This document shows, one piece after another, positions 9,768 to 16,965 of a stretch of 64,000 nucleotides of DNA. Source of the DNA: an uncultured Acidimicrobiales bacterium (GTDB taxonomy: Bacteria; Actinomycetota; Acidimicrobiia; Acidimicrobiales; SZUA-35); assembly GCA_963723995.1 (NCBI GenBank), contig CAVRSZ010000001.1, positions 1,581,410-1,645,409 on the forward strand. Reading direction: 5' to 3'. The stretch's first letter is position 1. Every line of letters starts with the position of its first letter. A model generated the notes under the pieces. That model was not told where the DNA came from, searched no databases, and saw only the letters and a list, made by a program, of their open reading frames with translations. The translations under genes and the position numbers were made by a program.

Positions 9768-12725
9768 CTACGATATTGCCCGTCGTCTTGATGTTGATGC
9801 CCGTACAGGTTGGGACGGGCGACCGTGCCGGTGACGTCGGTGCCGACGTAGTTGCCGACGATCGTGTTGCCCCCCGTTGGCCTCCAGGTCGATGGCGTCG
9901 TCACCCCACCGGTTGAGCACCAAACCTCGAACTGTGGTTCCGCCACCGGTGATCCAGAGGCCGTTCTCCTCACCGGCACTCACACCGACACCGTCCAGTT
10001 CGATGACCGGACGCCCCTCGGTGACGTACTCGGCCTGGGTGGAGCCGTCGATCGTCATCGCCGTGGAGACTTCCGGCAGCAGGCTGCCGGGCTGAATGGT
10101 GAACGCCACCGGCGAGGGCGAGTAGCCGCTCTCACTGGTGGGAATGTCGAAGTGGATGGCGTCGACGATGAGGGAGGCGTTGGCCTCCTGGATGGCGGCC
10201 CGCAGGGTACAGGCCTCGGCGCCCTCGCTGTTGAGGCTGCCAATATCGCATTTGTCGTCACCGATGGAAATGTCGGGCTGGTCGCCGGTGGAGTTCACGA
10301 CCACGGCAACGGTGGGGGCAAGGTCGATGACGTACACGGCTCCTCGACCCGAGCCGCCGTCGTCGTCGCTGTCCGCGCCGATGGCCAGGCCGATGGTGCC
10401 GTCGCCGTCGAGGTCGCCGATGCCGGCCACGGCGGTACCGAAGTAGTCGGAGCTGTCCAGGGGTCCGTTGAACCCCCCGACGGTTTCGCTGATCTTGTGG
10501 TCGGCTTTGACCGTGCCGTCGGGGTTGAGCAGGACCACATGGACTGCGCCCTGGTTGAGTCCACCGTCGTCGTCGAAGGTTGCGCCGGCGACCAGGTCGG
10601 GGGTGCCGTCGGCGTCGACATCGCCCAGTCCCGACACGGACACACCGAACCAGTCGCCATCGTCCAGGGTGGCGCCGAAACCTCCCTGGGTGTTGCTGAT
10701 CTTCTGCTCGGCCCTCACCGTCCCGTCTGTGTTCAGCAACAGCACATGCACCGCACCCCGGTTCGAGCCGCCGTCATCATCGAAGTAGGCGCCGACTGCC
10801 AGATCCTCGATCCCATCGCCGTCGACGTCGCCGAGACCACCGACGCCTGAGCCGAAGTAGTCGGTGTCGTCCAGGACCCCGGCGAACCCACCGGCGGTAT
10901 CGCTGATCTTCTGCTCGGCCTTGACCGTGCCGTCGGCGTTGAGGAACAGCACATACACCGCGCCCCGCTGGCTGCCCCCGTCGTCGTCCTTGTTGGCTGC
11001 CACTGCGAGATCGTTGATGCCGTCGTCGTCGAGATCACCGAGCCCGGTGACCGCCCACCCGAAATGGTCGGTGTCGTCCAGGACCCCGGCGAACCCACCG
11101 GCGGTGTCACTGATCTTCTGCTCGGCCTTGACCGTGCCGTCGGCGTTGAGGAACAGCACATACACCGCGCCCCGCTCGGCGCCGCCGTCGTCGTCCTGAA
11201 AGGCCCCGACAGCCACATCATTGAGGCCGTCACCATCGATGTCTCCCAGCCCGGCCACGGCCCACCCGAAGCGGTCGGTGTCGTCAAGGACCCCGGCGAA
11301 CCCACCGGCGGTATCGCTGATCTTCTGCTCGGCCTTGACCGTGCCGTCGGCGTTCATGAACAACACGTAGGCGGCACCCCGGGCCGGTCCGCCGTCGTCG
11401 TCGAAGTCCGCCCCGACGATCAGATCGTCGGTACCGTCCCGGTCGAGATCGCCGATGCCGGCCACAGCGTGGCCGAAATGATCCGTGTCGTCCAGCGGGC
11501 CGACCAGCCCCCCCTGGGTCGACGAGATCTTCTGCTCGGAACCGACGACCACCGCGGCCTTGTCGGTTGGGGCATCGAGGTAGTCGGGCCGGCCGTCCCG
11601 ATCGGAATCGACGGCATCCCGAGGATCGCCATCACCGTTGGGATCGGCGTCCTCCGAGACGGTCGGGGTCCCGTCACCGTCGTCGTCGGGATCGCGGTAG
11701 TCGGGAGTGCCGTCGCCGTCGCTATCGGGCCCGGCAACCGTGGTCGGGTCACCATCGCCGTCGGTGTCGGCGTCCTCCCGGCAGTCCTCCAGCCCGTCGC
11801 CGTCGGTATCGGCGGCACCACAGGGGCCCCCGCCAGCCGGGGTGAGGGCCACCAGGTATCCGATGGATCCCGCCGAGGCGTCAACGGTGGCCGTGCGGGA
11901 ACCAGTCGAACCGGCCACCCCCAGCTGCTCGTCGGCGGCCAGAGCCAGGGTCTCGTCGGCCGCGGCGCCCCCGTTGGCGCTGTTGACGTCGGTCCGCTCG
12001 ATCATGCCGGCCGGTGGCGTGCCGGCCCCGTCGTCCCGCACAGCGAAGAAGCCCACCAGCACGGTGCCCCCCACTGTGGTCGTGATCGACGGAGCGGTCA
12101 CGGCGACGGCCGGAGCATTGGCCTGCCCGCCGCCGGCATGGATGGGGTTCGAGGTGTCGACCCCGTCGTAGACCGTGATGGCACCGGCTGCGGTGTCGGT
12201 GGTCCCGCTGGACAGGGTGAAGCTGTACTGTGCCGGCTCGCCGGCGGTGGCGATGCGCCAGTACAGGGCTTGAGTGATGCCGTTGGCCCCGGTCTCGTCG
12301 ATGAGAGCCCAACCGGCCGGCGGGGTGATGAGACCGGCCCCGGTGGCGTTGTAGGCGATCTGGGCGATCATCAGGTCGTCGGCGACCACCGAGCCGGGGA
12401 CCGGCAGATCGATGGTGCTCCCCGACGCATAAGAACCGCCGGCGGTCTCCACGGCCACGAAGGTCGGGTCGATGACCAGCGCCAGTTCAGGGTCATAGGC
12501 CCCCACGCTGAAGCCGACGGTGCCATCGTTACGGACGAGGTAACCGCTGTCGACGGTGACCGGCTCACCGTCGACCTCCTGGAAGGTGATGGGCGCAGTC
12601 GAGAGGTAGTCGGGACCGGACTCGGCTTCGATGAGCAGGTTCCCGTCGGGGCGAAGCGCGACATTGACGGCACGGTCGAAGTCCAGTCTGATATCGCTGG
12701 GATCGGCACCCGGTTCGATCACCAA
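9768..12725 (-). CDS. Adhesin A fragment 2: VIEPGADP-type domain, TSP3-like Ca-binding repeats, FG-GAP propeller, start of beta-helix cassette
   Basis: Contains a VIEPGADPSDIRLDFDRA domain shared with paralogue B and Asp-rich DxDxDG repeats (~11570..11820: DTDGDGLEDC, DSDGDGTPDY, DSDRDGRPDY). Six 69-aa FG-GAP-like repeats follow, then VVNSTGD...CTLRAAIQEANAS opening right-handed beta-helix repeats. The frame is open upstream to ~12955, so GTG 12725 is not a real start. The frame is lost at the C6 run 9870..9875 (ANGG|NTIVGNYVG continues in ORF 9536..9979). Confidence 0.7.
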   Translation of the reverse strand: MVIEPGADPSDIRLDFDRAVNVALRPDGNLLIEAESGPDYLSTAPITFQEVDGEPVTVDSGYLVRNDGTVGFSVGAYDPELALVIDPTFVAVETAGGSYASGSTIDLPVPGSVVADDLMIAQIAYNATGAGLITPPAGWALIDETGANGITQALYWRIATAGEPAQYSFTLSSGTTDTAAGAITVYDGVDTSNPIHAGGGQANAPAVAVTAPSITTTVGGTVLVGFFAVRDDGAGTPPAGMIERTDVNSANGGAAADETLALAADEQLGVAGSTGSRTATVDASAGSIGYLVALTPAGGGPCGAADTDGDGLEDCREDADTDGDGDPTTVAGPDSDGDGTPDYRDPDDDGDGTPTVSEDADPNGDGDPRDAVDSDRDGRPDYLDAPTDKAAVVVGSEQKISSTQGGLVGPLDDTDHFGHAVAGIGDLDRDGTDDLIVGADFDDDGGPARGAAYVLFMNADGTVKAEQKISDTAGGFAGVLDDTDRFGWAVAGLGDIDGDGLNDVAVGAFQDDDGGAERGAVYVLFLNADGTVKAEQKISDTAGGFAGVLDDTDHFGWAVTGLGDLDDDGINDLAVAANKDDDGGSQRGAVYVLFLNADGTVKAEQKISDTAGGFAGVLDDTDYFGSGVGGLGDVDGDGIEDLAVGAYFDDDGGSNRGAVHVLLLNTDGTVRAEQKISNTQGGFGATLDDGDWFGVSVSGLGDVDADGTPDLVAGATFDDDGGLNQGAVHVVLLNPDGTVKADHKISETVGGFNGPLDSSDYFGTAVAGIGDLDGDGTIGLAIGADSDDDGGSGRGAVYVIDLAPTVAVVVNSTGDQPDISIGDDKCDIGSLNSEGAEACTLRAAIQEANASLIVDAIHFDIPTSESGYSPSPVAFTIQPGSLLPEVSTAMTIDGSTQAEYVTEGRPVIELDGVGVSAGEENGLWITGGGTTVRGLVLNRWGDDAIDLEANGGQHDRRQLRRHRRHRHGRPSQPVRASTSRRRAIS
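10319..11552 (-). repeat. Six tandem 207-nt (69-aa) FG-GAP/integrin-alpha-like propeller repeats
   Basis: The pattern EQKIS..T.GGF.G.LDD.D.FG..V.GLGD.D.DG..DL.VGA..DDDGG...GAVYVL.LN.DGTVKA recurs with an exact 69-residue period. Segments 10861..10969 and 11068..11176 differ at only 2 of 109 positions. Confidence 0.85.
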
Positions 12726-12744
12726 GCCGTATTCGACCTCACCG

Positions 12745-14373
12745 TCATCGGAGGTGAAGACGATGTCGATGCCGGGCAGGACCTGGTCGATCTCGATGGC
12801 ATCGTCGTCGTCGGCCGCAGCCGGGTCGGTGGCGAACGGTGGGCCCGGTGAGCGGGCCGGCCCGTCGACGACCGGCGGACCGCCGACGCCGCGGCGAATG
12901 GGCGACGTCGGAAGGACGCGCCCCTTCTGGTTCGGCTGCGGCTCCCACCACGTTCATGACCACGGCGTCGGCCACCGATTGGCCCTCGGCCACCAGTGCC
13001 AGCGAGCCGTCACCGATCACGGCATCGTAGCCCTCGGTCAGCACGGCAAAGTCGACATCGGGGTCGGCTTGACCATCATTGACGGCGAAGTCGACCCCCT
13101 GGGCCGGGTCACCCAGATTCTCCAACCACCGGTCGGTTCGCGCTCCGGCCACGAGACCGTCGTCGACCGGTCGGTCAATCGGCCCGTCGCCGTCCGGATC
13201 ATCATCGCTCGGGTCTTCGGGCGTGGTCCCGACCGCGGCCGGTGCCGGCGGCACCACAATGTCGGTCGGGCCGAAGGGCCCGTCGATGGCGAGGGGCTCA
13301 CCGAGTGACTCACCGGAGTTGGGATCGAACCGCCGGACATCATCGTTCCAGTAGTCGGCCACCCACAGCATGCCGTCGGCCACCGCGACACCGGTCGGTC
13401 CGTCCACCCCATCGGCCACGACGGTCTCCAATCCCGCCGTTCGGCCGTCATCTGCGAGCGGGGGTTCGACGAGAGCGAGCCCACCATCGGTGTCATCCAG
13501 CAGGCTGAGAGCATCGATCCGGTCGATGCGACCGGCAACCGACAGCGCCACATAGAGCAGCCCATCGGGACCAAAGGTGACGTCGGCCGGACCCGACCCG
13601 GGACCGGTGGCCAGGCTCGCCACCGGCCGGCCGTCGAGGGAGAAGACCTCGACCGCGTCGGCGTTCTCATCGGCCACATAGAGCAGCCCGTCGGGGCCGA
13701 CGACGGCTCCCGCCGGGTTGATGAGTCCTTCGGCCACAACAGCTTGAAAGGCACCGGTTTCGGAGTCGAAGGCCAGTACCTCACCGGTTCCGGCCGAAAC
13801 CACCAAGAGCCCACCGTCGGGGGTGAAAGCCAAGCCTCGAGGCCGGCCCAGACCCTCGTCGCCGGCGGTGACAACGACATCGAGCGACGAGTCGCCCTCC
13901 GGGTCGAATCGCCCGATGCGGTTGCCCACGGCATCGGCCACATACAACAGCCCGTCGGGACCGTACGCTGCGGCTCGGGACGCCTGGACCCGATCCTCGC
14001 CCTGATCGGACAGTGCAACCAGGGCGTCGTCGTCAGTGGAGAATCGGAATAGCAGGCCGGCGCCATCGAAGCCGGTGACCACCACATCGGCCGGGGAGGC
14101 GGCAGCGATGCCGGCGCCGTCACCGGCCTGAAGCCGGGGCGGGGCGGTGACCGAGCCGGCGTTGTCGATCCCGATTGGCGTCGATAGCAGGTAGGGGCTC
14201 AGGCCCGACGCTCCGGAAGCAACCGAAGACATGATCAGAACGGCGGCGATGGCGGATGCCGTAACCCGGGTCCGAGATGACGAGAAGAGCCCTAGTCGAG
14301 AGGTGGGGGGAAGGCGGCGGGAGCCTCTGCGGGGCCGACGCGGCGACGCCGGCGGGTTGGTGGAGTCGACCAT
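12745..14373 (-). CDS. Adhesin A fragment 1: signal/TM segment + NHL-type beta-propeller
   Basis: A basic N-terminus is followed by the hydrophobic segment AIAAVLIMSSVASGASG. Repeated blades (GPDGLLYVAD, GLAFTPDGGLLV, FGPDGLLYVA) resemble NHL/SMP-30-like propellers. The biologically consistent frame leaves this ORF at the C4 run 12921..12924 (after AAAEPEG) and continues GRVLPTSPI in the frame of ORF 9768..12725. This matches paralogue B (GRLLDESPI). Confidence 0.7.
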   Translation of the reverse strand: MVDSTNPPASPRRPRRGSRRLPPTSRLGLFSSSRTRVTASAIAAVLIMSSVASGASGLSPYLLSTPIGIDNAGSVTAPPRLQAGDGAGIAAASPADVVVTGFDGAGLLFRFSTDDDALVALSDQGEDRVQASRAAAYGPDGLLYVADAVGNRIGRFDPEGDSSLDVVVTAGDEGLGRPRGLAFTPDGGLLVVSAGTGEVLAFDSETGAFQAVVAEGLINPAGAVVGPDGLLYVADENADAVEVFSLDGRPVASLATGPGSGPADVTFGPDGLLYVALSVAGRIDRIDALSLLDDTDGGLALVEPPLADDGRTAGLETVVADGVDGPTGVAVADGMLWVADYWNDDVRRFDPNSGESLGEPLAIDGPFGPTDIVVPPAPAAVGTTPEDPSDDDPDGDGPIDRPVDDGLVAGARTDRWLENLGDPAQGVDFAVNDGQADPDVDFAVLTEGYDAVIGDGSLALVAEGQSVADAVVMNVVGAAAEPEGARPSDVAHSPRRRRSAGRRRAGPLTGPTVRHRPGCGRRRRCHRDRPGPARHRHRLHLR

Positions 14374-14445
14374 CGGGACGTCCCCTTAACCCGACGGACG
14401 ATTACAGCTGCGGGCGGCCGACCACCATGTCACCCCGGGCACCGC

Positions 14446-14473
14446 GATCACCGCGACCGAAGCCGCGGTGATC
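14446..14473 (-). terminator. Perfect 10-bp GC-rich hairpin between TasA-like gene and adhesin A (attenuator/processing site candidate)
   Basis: GATCACCGCG-accgaagc-CGCGGTGATC lies ~35 nt after the TasA-like stop codon. It has no U-tract. A paralogous hairpin sits at 25005..25042 in the same relative position. Confidence 0.4.
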
Positions 14474-14508
14474 ACCGTCTCAGGAGACATCATGGCCGCC
14501 ATGACTGG

Positions 14509-15171
14509 TTACGGGTTGTTGGTGGTCTGCTCGGCGTCGAAGGTGAACGTCGCCGTGGTCGACAACCCCTGCACCGCATTCGACGCTGCGTTGGGCAACG
14601 TCACATTGAAACACAGGTTCTCATTGGCTGTGGCCGCCAGCACCCGGTCACCGCCCTGGGCACCCTGGGTCGGGTCGCCAACCACATTGGAAGTGCCGGT
14701 CGAACCGAGAATGCCGGCATAGATCACCGTGCCATCGGCAGCCCAATTGGCGTCATCACAGGTCGTGACACCGGACTTGACCGTCAGCACCAACTCGGCA
14801 GCCAACGTGTCCTCGGTGCTGGTCGAGGTCATCGAATACCGGAACTCCAACGAGCCGCTGTTCGACACATTGATAGGGGCCGTGACCTGATCGCCGGGAA
14901 CCATGTCGCTGGCGTTGACCACGGCGGTGGCCGGGGCCGCCACCAGATCGATCGAACCGGTGGAGAACGCGTTGGCTCCCACCGCCTGCTGGTCGGTGAA
15001 CAACGCCAGCGACGACACCGTGAAAATGCCACCGGCCAGAGCCAGCACAGCCAGACTGGCCAGAATCCTGGTCCCGGTCCGCTGCGGTCGATCCGCCTCC
15101 TCGGCATGATCGGTGCTCGACGGCTCAGGTCCATCGGTCTGGTGTTCGGGGGGTTGTGTTAGTGGGTTCAT
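14509..15171 (-). CDS. TasA/camelysin-like secreted protein with SipW-type signal peptide (paralogue 5)
   Basis: 220 aa. The hydrophobic segment ILASLAVLALAGGIFTVSSLA is followed by LFTDQQAVGANAFSTGSIDL, then DMVPGDQ...INVSNSGSL. This resembles, from memory, the B. subtilis TasA precursor (...AAFNDIKSKDATFASGTLDL...LKPGD...NNGSL). AGGAG lies 6 nt before the ATG. Confidence 0.8.
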   Translation of the reverse strand: MNPLTQPPEHQTDGPEPSSTDHAEEADRPQRTGTRILASLAVLALAGGIFTVSSLALFTDQQAVGANAFSTGSIDLVAAPATAVVNASDMVPGDQVTAPINVSNSGSLEFRYSMTSTSTEDTLAAELVLTVKSGVTTCDDANWAADGTVIYAGILGSTGTSNVVGDPTQGAQGGDRVLAATANENLCFNVTLPNAASNAVQGLSTTATFTFDAEQTTNNP

Positions 15172-15236
15172 GTGGATCTCCTGATAATCCCCTCGATCCG
15201 TTTTTCGGTCAGAGTTAGCGATTGCCCCACCTTTTA

Positions 15237-15247
15237 GGTGAGCTTGC
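15237..15247 (-). promoter_or_regulatory. Conserved 11-nt motif GCAAGCTCACC (minus strand) 66-76 nt upstream of the TasA-like start
   Basis: The identical 11-mer occurs at 25805..25815, at the same distance from the start of the paralogous TasA-like gene. The surrounding intergenic sequence is otherwise diverged. Confidence 0.35.
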
Positions 15248-15356
15248 CACGAGCCGGTAGGCTCATCGGATCAGAGCCCTATCGACGGGGGCCGAACGGC
15301 CCACCGACCTATGCCCGATCTGACCGATCCGTCGGGCCTTGCATGGCGGGTCGGGG

Positions 15357-16965
15357 TCAGTCTCGGTCGAGGGGTCCGAGGGTGGCGGTCGGTTCGGGCA
15401 TGACCAGTCGGCGGGCCCGGGGATCGTCGACATACCAGCTCTGACCGCCGGGCAGCCGGCCGACCCGAAGGCCGAGTGAGCCGGCGGCCGGTGGTGCGGT
15501 CTGGGCTGTCCACGGAGCCACTTCGACCCCGTCGACCAGTAGACGGCTGTTGCCGTTCTGATCGGTCCACTGCTCGACCTTGACCCAGGCACCGGTTGTC
15601 AGAGCCTGGGCGCCGGAACCGTCAACGGAGTCCGCCGCACCCGAACGGCGCCGCAGGTCCCAGGTGCCGGCACCCACATAGGCGGCGTCGAACTGGTCGG
15701 TCGGCGACTGACCGGCCCGAGTACCCGAGGCCAGATCGACCCCGGTGGCGATCGAGGCCCACCACCAGGTCTCGAACACCGCCCCCGGCTCGTCGATACC
15801 GGTGGCCACGGCCCAGGCGGCTGCTCCCGAGTCCGCCGTCTCGGGAGCAGCCAGAGCAAAACCACCGGACCGGGACTGAACCCCGGACACAGTCCACGGC
15901 CCCGGGGCATCGGTCTGTTGCTGACCGACCGTGACCGTGAGGGCCTGGTCGGCCACGGTGGAGTAACGCAGAGAGATCTCGGTTGCGGTCGGGGCCAGGT
16001 GCCCGATCTCGACATGGTCGATCTCACCATCAAACCCGCTGGTCCCCGTCGACCGATTACCGAGAATCACCTCGGTGGAGGTGTCGGTACTCAACGAGCC
16101 GGAAGCCGGGACAGTGTCCACCTCCGACCCGTCCACATAGAGCCGTACCGTCGAGCCATCCCAGGCGACGGCCACATGATGCCATGTGCCGGTGCTGATG
16201 ATGCCACCCTGCACGGTGACCGGGCCGCCACCAATACCGAGGGCGGCCACGGCCTGGCCCGTGCCGTCCACCCCGAGTTCAAAGACCGGATCGCCGCCCG
16301 AGGTCCGCTTCGACACCACAAGGTCGGTACCACCAAGGGCTGCGGGACGAATCCAGGCACCGACGCTCAGCTCGGCGTCGGTGATGTCGAGCGCCGGACC
16401 CCGCAGCAGATCGCCGCCGCCGTTGAACGTGAGAGCCGAACCGGCCGTCCCAGCGATGGCCGCCGAAGCCGGATCCAAGCCACCCTCGGCGAACACGTCG
16501 CTACGCCGAACCGAGGCGTCGACCACGAGATCAGCGAACGCCACCACGGTGACCACAGCCGAGAACTCGGAGCTGGCCCCATAGGAGCCGCCCCCCAGAT
16601 CCTCGGTGGCGGTGGCGGTCAACACATCACCGGCGAACACCGCAGGAACCGCAACCACAAACGATTCAGGACCCGAGCCGGTGTGGGTCACGATCTGGGC
16701 CGCCGCCAAGCTCTCACCCTCGCCGTAACCCGAGGGATCGGCCCCCTCGGTCGGGTTGGCGAACACCTCGATCCGGTAGTCCCCGGCCGGCACATCCAAT
16801 TCGACGTCCAAGGTGGTGTCCCCCGAAACCGGAGCAGTCAGAACCGGATGATTCAACAAACCATTGGCCCCGGCGTCGCCATCACCGGCATCATTGGCCG
16901 TGACACCGTCGTCGTCCAGATCCAGGCCGATTCCTCCGTTGCCGGTGATGGTGTTGCCCAGCACG
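15357..16965 (-). repeat. Copy 2 (intact frame) of the ~1.6 kb segmental duplication
   Basis: Near-identical to 109..1725. The duplication begins at the shared stop-proximal sequence and ends just after the codons for LGNTITGNG. Confidence 0.8.

Larger units (their letters stand above)
109..14373 (-). pseudogene. Giant multidomain surface adhesin-like gene A (~4.7k codons if read through), interrupted by at least 14 frameshifts
   Basis: Consecutive minus-strand ORFs continue one another's domain repeats once the frame is moved by one base. These are 12745..14373, 9768..12725, 9536..9979, 3730..9738, 3303..3809, 2408..3634, 1612..3306 and short ORFs down to the TGA at 109..111. An SD-like AAGGGGA lies ~8 nt before the ATG at 14373. 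Paralogue B (15357..24869) has the same N- and C-terminal architecture. Confidence 0.6.

Noticed and set aside
15289-15302. A 5-bp GGGCC-gaac-GGCCC hairpin after the adhesin B stop, and a similar one at 37611..37624, as terminators.
   Set aside because: Stems this short are frequent by chance in GC-rich DNA, and there is no U-tract or paralogous conservation.
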